Source: Kofleriaceae bacterium
GTDB taxonomy: Bacteria > Myxococcota_A > Polyangia > Haliangiales > Haliangiaceae
Direction: 5' to 3'
Assembly: GCA_046597055.1 (NCBI GenBank)
Contig: JBKJLC010000228.1
Location: 1 to 18,634, forward strand
Length of the DNA stretch: 18,634 nucleotides
This document shows positions 1-7,268 of this stretch, piece after piece. Position 1 is the stretch's first letter; each line of letters begins with the position of its first letter. Both the position numbers and the translations under genes were made by a program. The notes below the pieces were generated by a model. It made no database searches and was not told the DNA's origin. It was given only the letters and a program-made list of their open reading frames with translations.

Positions 1-795
1 CTCGATGCGGGCGGTCAGCGCCGGGCTCACGTCGCGCAGCGGCACCGGCTTGGTGCCCGCGTAGTCGACGTGCTGCTCGTCCCACTTGCCGGCGTAGCTG
101 ACGATGTGGGGCCGCCCGGCAGGCATCGCCGCGAAGTCGATCTCGTGCAGCGGCAGGAGCTCGAGGTCGGCGCCCGAGCCGAGCAGGGTGACGTTGACCT
201 CGCGGCCGGGCACGTAGCGCTCGGCGAGGAGCGGCTCGCCGAACTCGGCCAGCAGCGCGCGGGCGCGCGCCGCCAGCGCGGCACCGTCGGCGAGCACGTT
301 GGCCTCGGTGATGCCGACCGAGGCGTCCTCGTTGGCCAGCTTGAGGAACCACGGCCAGTCGAGCGCCTCGGCCGCGACCTGGTCGATCTCGGCGAGCGTG
401 GTCATCACCCGGTACGGCGGCGTCGCGATGCCACGGCCGAGCAGCACGTCCTTGGTGCGCGGCTTGGACAGCGCCACCCCGAGCCCGACCGCGTCGGCGC
501 CGGTGTACAGCAGCCCGAACAGGTCGAGGATCGCCGGCACCGCGATCTCGTTGGCGGCGACCCCGCGCAGCGACTCGCACAGGTTGAAGACCAGGTCGGG
601 CTTCTCGCGCTCGAGCCGCTCGAGCACCGCGCCCAGGTCGCGCCCCTCGATCGAGATCAGCTCGGCGTCGTGGCCGGCCGCGCGCAGCGCGTCGCGGATC
701 GACTCGGCCGAGGCGCGGACGGCGATCGCGTCGACCCCGGCCCCGGCGACGAACTCGAAGTCGTTGTTGAAGAGGACCGCGATCCGCAACGGCAT
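1..795 (-). CDS. D-Ala-D-Ala ligase-like ATP-grasp protein (3' end beyond window start)
   Basis: Not in ORF track. Manual translation from ATG 795: MPLRIAVLFNND...PDLVFNLCESLRG...LYTGAD...ALSKPRTK...PWFLKLANEDASVGI...LAERYVPGREVNVTLLG...IVSYAGKW. These are Ddl-family motifs (YTG, KxxxExxSxG, ExYxxGRE), and the frame is open to base 1. ATG lies 9 nt after the lipB stop. Confidence 0.9.
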   Translation of the reverse strand, partial: MPLRIAVLFNNDFEFVAGAGVDAIAVRASAESIRDALRAAGHDAELISIEGRDLGAVLERLEREKPDLVFNLCESLRGVAANEIAVPAILDLFGLLYTGADAVGLGVALSKPRTKDVLLGRGIATPPYRVMTTLAEIDQVAAEALDWPWFLKLANEDASVGITEANVLADGAALAARARALLAEFGEPLLAERYVPGREVNVTLLGSGADLELLPLHEIDFAAMPAGRPHIVSYAGKWDEQHVDYAGTKPVPLRDVSPALTARIE

Positions 796-804
796 CGGGG
801 GACT

Positions 805-1527
805 CTACCGCAGCGGTGTGATGGCACGCGCGGGCGTGGTGAGCGCGATCGCGAGCCGCGGGCCGACCCGCGCCGCGACCTCGGCGCACGGCGGCGCCGG
901 CGGCAGCCCGCGCGCCGCGCGCGCCTGATCGAGCGAGACCACCGGCGTCGCCAGCCCGCACGGCACGATCAGCTGCCACATCGCCGGCGGGGTCGCGAGG
1001 TTGAGCGCCCAGCCGTGGATGGCGACCTGGCGGCGCAGGTGCAAGCCGCACGCGGCGAGCTTGGCGTCACCGAGCCACAGCCCGGCGGGATCGCGGCGGA
1101 ACCCCGCACCGGGCACGCCCAGCTCGGCGACGACCTCGGCGAGCACCGCCGCCACCGTCTCGAGAAACCCGACCACGCCGCGGATCCGCACCACCGGGTA
1201 GATCATGAGCTGACCGGGGCCGTGGTAGGTCACGTCGCCGCCGCGCGAGGTCGGCACCACCTCGACGCCCGCGGCGGTCAGCGCGGCCGGCGCCGCGACG
1301 ACATGGCCGACCTCGGCGCTGCGGCCGAGCGTGATCACCGGCGGGTGCTCGGCGAGCAGGACCCGCTGCGCACCGGCGTCGCCGGCGAGGACGCGCTCGC
1401 GCGCGGCCTCCATCCGGGTGACCGCGTCGGCGTGGCTGACGCGGCCGAGCCACTCCCACGCGAGGCGGGCGCCCTCCGCCACCGAGCTCGCTGGCTCGGG
1501 CGCAGGATCATCCCGCCGCTGGGTCAC
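805..1527 (-). CDS. lipB: Lipoyl(octanoyl) transferase LipB
   Basis: Motifs EHPPVITLGR, RGGDVTYHGPGQL, KLAACG, HGWALN, IVPCGL. GTG 1527 overlaps the upstream TGA (GTGA); GTG 1482 is an alternative start. The ORF-track extension to 2154 is shadow frame. Confidence 0.93.
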   Translation of the reverse strand: MTQRRDDPAPEPASSVAEGARLAWEWLGRVSHADAVTRMEAARERVLAGDAGAQRVLLAEHPPVITLGRSAEVGHVVAAPAALTAAGVEVVPTSRGGDVTYHGPGQLMIYPVVRIRGVVGFLETVAAVLAEVVAELGVPGAGFRRDPAGLWLGDAKLAACGLHLRRQVAIHGWALNLATPPAMWQLIVPCGLATPVVSLDQARAARGLPPAPPCAEVAARVGPRLAIALTTPARAITPLR

Positions 1528-3146
1528 CCCGCGAGCAGCTCGCCGAGCAGCTGGTCGTCGACGTAGCGGACCGGGGCCGCCGCGGTGACCACGCCGACGC
1601 CGAGCGCCAGCAGGGCCGACACGAACGAGTCGCCGGCGATCACGGTGATCGAGCGACCGTTGCGCTCGAGCTCGCGCTCGGCGTCGGACGACAGCTCGCG
1701 CGCCGAGAACAGGTAGCCCGCGAGCAGCTGCTTGGCCTCGACGCCGACCCGCAGCTCGCCGATGCCGCGGCGATCGACCGGCTGGCCACCGGCGCGCGCG
1801 CTGATGAGCACGGTGCTCGCGCTCTCCGGCGGCAGCGCGGTCGCGTAGCTGATGCCCTCGACCCGCTTGACCCACTCGATGTCGCGGAAGCCGGCCGCCA
1901 CCAGGTAGGCGTGGACCAGCCGCTCGAAGCCGGCCTGGTTGGCCTGCGCGATCCGGTCTTTCAGCGTGCGGTGGGTGGCGACCGCCATCACCGACAGCGC
2001 CCGCGCCAGATCGGTCTCCGCGGTCACGGTCGCGCTCTGCGCCACCGGGCCGGGGCCGAACAGATCGCGACCGCGATAGACGATGCGCGGGCGCAGGCCG
2101 ACGCTCTTGTAGCTGCGCTCGTCGCCGAGCAGCGCCGCCTTGAGGTGCGGCCACAGGACCTCGGGGTCGGCGTCGATCAGCCCGCGCTTCCGCATCATGC
2201 CGGCGAGCTGGCGGACCGGCATCGGCTGCGCGCCCTTGATCGAGGCGAACACCTGCCAGGCGGCGTCGCCCAGCGCGTTGCCGACCCGGATCACGCCGGT
2301 GCTGTCGAGATCGGCCGGCGTCTCGGTCGCGGCGACCGGAGCCACCACCGGACGCACCACCTCGGGGACCCGCGCCTCGGCGGCTCGGACATCGCGACCG
2401 CCGTTGGTCGGCGTCGGACGGGCGTCGCCGTGGACCCGGTCGGGACCGGGGCCGTGGGGCCGGTCGGCCCGGACCTCGGGCCGGGCCGCGACCTCGCCAG
2501 CGGGACGGGGCCCGCCGGTGCGCTCGGTGCGGCGCTGGCGGTCCTGATCGCGGCGACTGCGCCGCTGATCACGACGCTCCTCCCACCGCTTCTGACGCTC
2601 GACGCGCCCGTTGATCTCGGGCGTCATCGGCCGATCCTCGTCGGCGGTGCGGCTGTCGGAGAACTCGGCGTGGGCGGCGGCCGCGGGGGCCGCGGACAGG
2701 TCGTCGCCGTAGATCGCGGCGAGCTCCTGCTCCTCGGCCGACAGCGGCGGCGGCGCCATCTCGACCTCGGCCTCCGCGATCTCGGCCTGCTCGGCGACGA
2801 TGCGCTCGTGGAGGACGTCCTCGTCCTCGTCGATCGGCTCGGCGGCGGCAGGATCGTCGGCATCGGGCACCGGCGCGAAGCCCTCGAGCACGATCGCGTC
2901 GGACGAGATCGGCTCGGCGAACTCGCCCTGCTCCTCGACGAGCTCGAGCTGCTTGATCGGCGGGACCTTGGTCACGCGGGCCTTGCCGCGCGCGCTGGTT
3001 GCCCTGGGTGGCGCGGCCTTGCCCACCTTCGCCTTGGCCGCGGGCGCCTTGTCCTTGCCATCCTTGGCGGCGGGCTTGCCGACCGCCTTGGACTTGGGCT
3101 TCGCGGTCCGGGACTTCTCGGGCTTCTCGGTCTTGGTGCTGGCCAT
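1524..3146 (-). CDS. 540-aa protein: long charged disordered N-terminus + HARE-HTH-like winged helix + Mrr_cat-like restriction-endonuclease fold with degenerate active site
   Basis: ATG 3146 preceded by GAGGGTGG. Lys/Ala-rich, then acidic, then Arg-rich blocks. DAAWQVF...PMPVRQLAGMMRKRGLI...RIVYRGRDLFG resembles HARE-HTH. FERLVHAYLVAAGF...VDRRGIGELR...GYLFSARELSSDAERE...ITVIAGDSFVSALLALGVGV follows the Mrr_cat pattern. Confidence 0.75.
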   Translation of the reverse strand: MASTKTEKPEKSRTAKPKSKAVGKPAAKDGKDKAPAAKAKVGKAAPPRATSARGKARVTKVPPIKQLELVEEQGEFAEPISSDAIVLEGFAPVPDADDPAAAEPIDEDEDVLHERIVAEQAEIAEAEVEMAPPPLSAEEQELAAIYGDDLSAAPAAAAHAEFSDSRTADEDRPMTPEINGRVERQKRWEERRDQRRSRRDQDRQRRTERTGGPRPAGEVAARPEVRADRPHGPGPDRVHGDARPTPTNGGRDVRAAEARVPEVVRPVVAPVAATETPADLDSTGVIRVGNALGDAAWQVFASIKGAQPMPVRQLAGMMRKRGLIDADPEVLWPHLKAALLGDERSYKSVGLRPRIVYRGRDLFGPGPVAQSATVTAETDLARALSVMAVATHRTLKDRIAQANQAGFERLVHAYLVAAGFRDIEWVKRVEGISYATALPPESASTVLISARAGGQPVDRRGIGELRVGVEAKQLLAGYLFSARELSSDAERELERNGRSITVIAGDSFVSALLALGVGVVTAAAPVRYVDDQLLGELLAG

Positions 3147-3171
3147 CGGTTTCCACCCTCGGGGAGGTGCG

Positions 3172-3200
3172 TGGATAACGCGCGTCCTGCAATGCGTCAA
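3172..3200 (-). promoter_or_regulatory. Putative sigma70-type promoter for the HARE-HTH/lipB/ATP-grasp operon
   Basis: Minus strand TTGACG (3200-3195), 17-nt spacer, TATCCA (3177-3172), in an AT-richer intergenic patch. The -10 lacks the conserved final T. Confidence 0.5.
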
Positions 3201-3376
3201 GCCGGCGTACCCACGACAAAAAGTTGCCCGCATCGGGTGCGCTCCGTAGCGTCGTCGACGGTCGGACGCGCCGGCGTTCGACCGCCGCCGCGGCGGCCGC
3301 CAAGCCCGCGGATCTCGCTGGGTCTCCCCGGCCGCTACCGTCTCGGCCCCGGTCTCGACCGCGCAGGAGTTTCACG

Positions 3377-4366
3377 ATGAAGAACCGAAAGATTGGCGTG
3401 CTGATGGGCGGGTTGTCGAGCGAGCGCGAGGTCTCGCTGCGCAGCGGCGAAGCGGTCCTCGCCGCGCTGTGTGCGCGGGGCTACACCGCCGAGCCGGTCT
3501 ACGTCGATCGCGACCTCGACCTGGTCCTGCGCCAGCAGGAGATCGATATCGCGTTCATCGCGCTGCATGGCCGCTACGGCGAGGACGGCTGCGTCCAGGG
3601 CCTGCTCGAGACCATGGGCACGCCGTACACCGGCTCCGACGTGCTCGCGTCGGCGCTGGCGATGCACAAGGTCAAGGCCAAGGAGCTGTTCCGCCTGCAC
3701 AACCTGCCGACGCCGGCCTACTACGTCGCCAGCGGCGACGTCGACGCGATCGCCCGGCACGGCGACTTCGGCTATCCGTGCGTGGTCAAGCCGGCCCGCG
3801 AGGGCAGCTCGGTCGGCGTCACCATCGTGCGCACCGAGCGCGCGCTGCCGGCCGCGATCGAGCAGGCCGCGTGCTTCGACGGCTCGGTGCTGGTCGAGCG
3901 CTACATCGCGGGCCAGGAGGTCTCGGTCGCGGTGCTTGGCGACCGCGCGCTGGGCGCGGTCGAGATCACGCCCAGCGGCGGCTTCTACGACTACGGCGCC
4001 AAGTACATCAGCGGCGCCACCGAGTACGTCATCCCGCCGCGGCTGTCGCCCGACCGCTACCGCGGCGTGCTGACCCAGGCGGTCCGTGCCCACGTCGCGC
4101 TCGGGTGCCGGGGCGCGACCCGGGTCGACATGATCGTCAGCGAGGCTGGCAACGAGTTCGTGCTCGAGGTCAACACGGTGCCGGGCATGACCCCGACCAG
4201 CCTGCTGCCGAAGATCGCGGCCTCGGTCGGCATCGAGTTCGGCGAGCTGTGCGAGGCGATGCTGCTCGCCGCCGCCCTGCCCTCGCACCGCCCGCGCGGC
4301 GATCGTCGCATCGCGCAGCGCGGCTACGGAGGCGAAGACCGCCGCGCCACCGCCGCGCATCATTAG
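3377..4366 (+). CDS. ddl: D-alanine--D-alanine ligase (DdlB-type) with Arg-rich C-terminal extension
   Basis: AGGAG RBS at 3365-3369, ATG 3377. Motifs GVLMGGLSSEREVSLRSG, FIALHGRYGEDG, YTGS, VVKPAREGSSVG, omega loop FYDYGAKY, LEVNTVPGMT. Tyr in the omega loop fits D-Ala-D-Ala specificity. Confidence 0.96.
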   Translation: MKNRKIGVLMGGLSSEREVSLRSGEAVLAALCARGYTAEPVYVDRDLDLVLRQQEIDIAFIALHGRYGEDGCVQGLLETMGTPYTGSDVLASALAMHKVKAKELFRLHNLPTPAYYVASGDVDAIARHGDFGYPCVVKPAREGSSVGVTIVRTERALPAAIEQAACFDGSVLVERYIAGQEVSVAVLGDRALGAVEITPSGGFYDYGAKYISGATEYVIPPRLSPDRYRGVLTQAVRAHVALGCRGATRVDMIVSEAGNEFVLEVNTVPGMTPTSLLPKIAASVGIEFGELCEAMLLAAALPSHRPRGDRRIAQRGYGGEDRRATAAHH

Positions 4367-4370
4367 AGTC

Positions 4371-6404
4371 ATGCGCGCGAGCCGCCGCGAGCGCACGTTC
4401 CTGGCCGCCACCTGCGCGGTCGCGCTCGCCGTGCCCGCGGCCGCCGCGGCCTGGCTCGACAGCCGGGTCGCCGGCGAGCTGGCCCCGGCGATCGGCCGCG
4501 CGGCCGGCCAGCACGTGGCGGTCGGCGGCGTCGAGGCCGGGCTGTCGGGCGACCTGCGCCTGCGCGACGTCGTGGTCGGCGAGCTGCTCGCGGCCGACGC
4601 GATCGAGGCCGCGGTCTCGCTCGACTCGCTGCTCGCCGGCGACCTGTCGCCCGACGAGATCCGCGTGATCCGCCCGCGTATCCGGGTCCACGTCGGCGCC
4701 GACGGCCGGTCCGACTGGCACGACCTTCTCCATCGTTTCGCCGATCGCAAGGGCAGCGTCAGCGCGGCGCGCGCCCGGCAACGGCTGCGCCGGGTGGTGG
4801 TGTCGGGCGGCGACCTGGTGATCGACGTCGCCGGGCTCCAGGTCACCGCGCGCGACGTCGAGCTGCACCCGCAGCGCGGCGGGGTCCGGCTGGTCACCGG
4901 CGCGGTCGAGGTCGATGGCGCCCGCGGGCCGTTCCGGCTGCGCGGCGACCTGGCGCGGCTCGGCGCCGACGTGCGCCTGCCCGGCCTGGCGATCGAGCGG
5001 CTGGTCGCGGTCGGCGGTCGCGCCGCGCTCACCGCCGGCCCGCACGCGCTGGTAGCCGCGGCGATCGACGTCCATCGCGTCGGCGTCGGCGAGCCGTGGC
5101 GGCTGTCGGCGATCGTCGACGATCGCGGGGCGCCCCGCCGGTTCGAGCTGGCGGCCCGCGCCGGCGGCGGCAGCGCCGCGCTGGCGATCACGGCCGATCG
5201 GATCCCGGTCGCGATCCTGGCGCCGCTGGCGCCGCCCGGGCTCACCCTCGACCAGGCCCACGCCTCGGGCACGGTTGCGATCGCGGTGGCCACCCGGTCG
5301 CGCGCGGCCTGGGTCACCGCCGCGCTCGCGCTCGACGGCGCGGTCGGCGATCACCGCGCGCTGGCCGACGCGCCGATCGCGCTCGACGGCAACCTGGCGC
5401 TCGAGGCCCGCATCGGCGCCAACCGGATCGACATCACCCGGCTGGCGGTCGGGCGCGAAGGGCTCATCCTCGAGGGCCACGGCTGGCTGCGCCGGGCCCG
5501 CGGGCGGCTGGTCGCCGCCGATGCCACCCTCGCGCTGGCCCCGGCCGACTGCCGGGGGCTGGTCGACGCGCTGCCGCCGGCGCTGCGCGGTCCGCTCGAC
5601 GAGCTGGCGGTGCGCGGCACCCTGGCCGGCGCCGCCCACGTCGGCTTCGACCTCGATGACCCCGGCGCCGAAGGGGTCGAGCTCACGCTCGATCTGGATC
5701 CGGGCACCTGCGAGGTGGTCACCGACGCGCCGTCGGCCGATCCGCGCACGCTGACCGGTCCCTCCGAGCACACGTTCCCCGACGGCCATCGCGCCACGGT
5801 CGGGCCCGGGGTCGGCGACTGGGTGGATCCGTTCGAGCTGCCCGGCTACGTCCGGGGCGCGTTCGTCTCCGCCGAGGATGCGCGCTTCTGGATCCACGCC
5901 GGCTTCGACCTGGCCCAGATCGCGCGCAGCCTCGAGATCGACCTGCGCGAGGATCGCTTCGCGCGCGGCGGCTCGACCATCAGCCAGCAGCTGGTGAAGA
6001 ACGCGTTCCTGCACCACCGCCGCACCCTCGCTCGCAAGCTGCAGGAGGCGGTCCTCACCTGGCGGCTCGAGGCGGTCCTCGACAAGCGCGCGATCCTCGC
6101 GCGCTACCTGAACGTGATCGAGCTCGGCCCGCGCGTGTACGGGCTGACCGCGGCGTCCCGGCACTGGTTCGGCAAGGCGCCGCGCGACCTGAGCGTGCGC
6201 GAGGCGGCGTTCCTGGCCGCGCTGACCCCGGCGCCCCGGACCATCACGGCCCGGATCGGGCGGGCCCGCGGGCTCGACCCCGAGACCGCCGAGCGGGTCG
6301 AGGTGGTCCTGCGCGCCATGCGCCGCAGCGGCGTGATCGATGCCGACACCGCGCGCTTCGCCCGCGGCGAACGCCTCGAGCTCCGGCCCGGCGCGGTGCG
6401 CTGA
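4371..6404 (+). CDS. Monofunctional peptidoglycan glycosyltransferase (GT51) with N-terminal membrane anchor and AsmA-like beta-rich region
   Basis: GT51 motifs AEDARFWIHAGFD, RGGSTISQQLVKN, RKLQEA, KRAILARYLN, YGLTAASRHWFGK, EAAFLAAL. No transpeptidase domain follows. Hydrophobic N-terminal helix. Starts 4 nt after the ddl stop. Confidence 0.9.
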   Translation: MRASRRERTFLAATCAVALAVPAAAAAWLDSRVAGELAPAIGRAAGQHVAVGGVEAGLSGDLRLRDVVVGELLAADAIEAAVSLDSLLAGDLSPDEIRVIRPRIRVHVGADGRSDWHDLLHRFADRKGSVSAARARQRLRRVVVSGGDLVIDVAGLQVTARDVELHPQRGGVRLVTGAVEVDGARGPFRLRGDLARLGADVRLPGLAIERLVAVGGRAALTAGPHALVAAAIDVHRVGVGEPWRLSAIVDDRGAPRRFELAARAGGGSAALAITADRIPVAILAPLAPPGLTLDQAHASGTVAIAVATRSRAAWVTAALALDGAVGDHRALADAPIALDGNLALEARIGANRIDITRLAVGREGLILEGHGWLRRARGRLVAADATLALAPADCRGLVDALPPALRGPLDELAVRGTLAGAAHVGFDLDDPGAEGVELTLDLDPGTCEVVTDAPSADPRTLTGPSEHTFPDGHRATVGPGVGDWVDPFELPGYVRGAFVSAEDARFWIHAGFDLAQIARSLEIDLREDRFARGGSTISQQLVKNAFLHHRRTLARKLQEAVLTWRLEAVLDKRAILARYLNVIELGPRVYGLTAASRHWFGKAPRDLSVREAAFLAALTPAPRTITARIGRARGLDPETAERVEVVLRAMRRSGVIDADTARFARGERLELRPGAVR

Positions 6405-6446
6405 CGCCACCACCGTGGGTGTCGGCCCTTCGATTCGCGACGCCGG

Positions 6447-7178
6447 TCAGACGCCGAGGAACAGGCGGTTGCCGAAGTTCCGCTCGAGATCGCTGGCGAA
6501 GATCTTCTGGGCGGCCGCGTCGATGTCGTACGGCACGCGCTTGAACTCGAAGACCCTCTCGACCGTGTCGTACAGCGTGTAGCTGGCCCGGTTGTCGTAG
6601 TCGCGCGGCTGTCCGACCGAGCCGACCGAGATGATGTAGCGATGGTCGGGGCGGATCGCGAACTTCTGGGCGACGACCTCGAACACGTCGTCGCGCGAGA
6701 GTGCAAACGACTTGCAGAGGTGCGAGTGGCCGATGAAGGTCACCGTGGCCAGATCGTCCCAGATCTCCAGGCACTTGGCGGCCTGCTCGGTCGAGAAGAT
6801 GTACTCGAACTCTTCGAGCGCGACCGGCGAGCCGTGGCAGAAGGTCACGTCACCCTCGCGGCGCTCGTAGGGAAGCGTCTTGAGCCACGCCATGTTCTCG
6901 GCGCTGAGCTGGCGGGCGTGGAGGTCGAGGGCCTGGCGGGCGGCGTCGTAGTAGTACGAGTAGTCCATCCGCCCGGCGACCGCGGCATCGTGGTTGCCGA
7001 GGATCGTGAACTTCGAGACGTTGCGGATGAGATCGCAACACTCGTTGGGGGACGCCCCATAGCCGACGGTGTCGCCGATGCAGACGTACTCGTCGACCCG
7101 TTCGCTCTTGAACGCCTCCATCACGGCCGTGAGGGCCTCGATGTTGGCGTGAACGTCGCTGAAGATTCCGATGCGCAT
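6447..7178 (-). CDS. Calcineurin-like metallophosphoesterase (YfcE/MJ0912-like)
   Basis: Motifs SDVH, GDTVGYG, GNHD, HGSP, GHSH, GSVGQPRD. ATG 7178 (MRIGIFSD) is the family-typical start. Confidence 0.93.
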   Translation of the reverse strand: MRIGIFSDVHANIEALTAVMEAFKSERVDEYVCIGDTVGYGASPNECCDLIRNVSKFTILGNHDAAVAGRMDYSYYYDAARQALDLHARQLSAENMAWLKTLPYERREGDVTFCHGSPVALEEFEYIFSTEQAAKCLEIWDDLATVTFIGHSHLCKSFALSRDDVFEVVAQKFAIRPDHRYIISVGSVGQPRDYDNRASYTLYDTVERVFEFKRVPYDIDAAAQKIFASDLERNFGNRLFLGV

Positions 7179-7211
7179 GTACTGGGCGGGGCCCCGTCGC
7201 CCTCGGCCGAA

Positions 7212-7217
7212 ATCATA
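7212..7217 (-). promoter_or_regulatory. Putative -10 element for the metallophosphoesterase gene
   Basis: Minus-strand TATGAT (5/6 to TATAAT) 33 nt upstream of ATG 7178 in an AT-richer intergenic gap. Only a weak -35 (CTCACG). Confidence 0.45.
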
Positions 7218-7268
7218 CCCGGTTTCGGACGCTCGCGTGAGGGTTACGCAATTCTTCGCATCCACTCC

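Noticed and set aside
1524..3146. Active Mrr type IV restriction / anti-phage island
   Set aside because: Catalytic residues look absent, the gene is coupled to lipB, and there are no flanking defence, methylase or mobility genes or obvious compositional shift.
1..4366. Van-type glycopeptide resistance cluster (two Ddl-family genes)
   Set aside because: No vanH/vanX/vanRS-like genes; ddl has the Tyr-containing FYDYxAKY loop typical of D-Ala-D-Ala ligases.
6403..6446. Bidirectional intrinsic terminator between convergent GT51 and phosphoesterase genes
   Set aside because: Only a weak bulged stem (GACGCCAC...GTGGGTGTC) and no U-tract on either strand.
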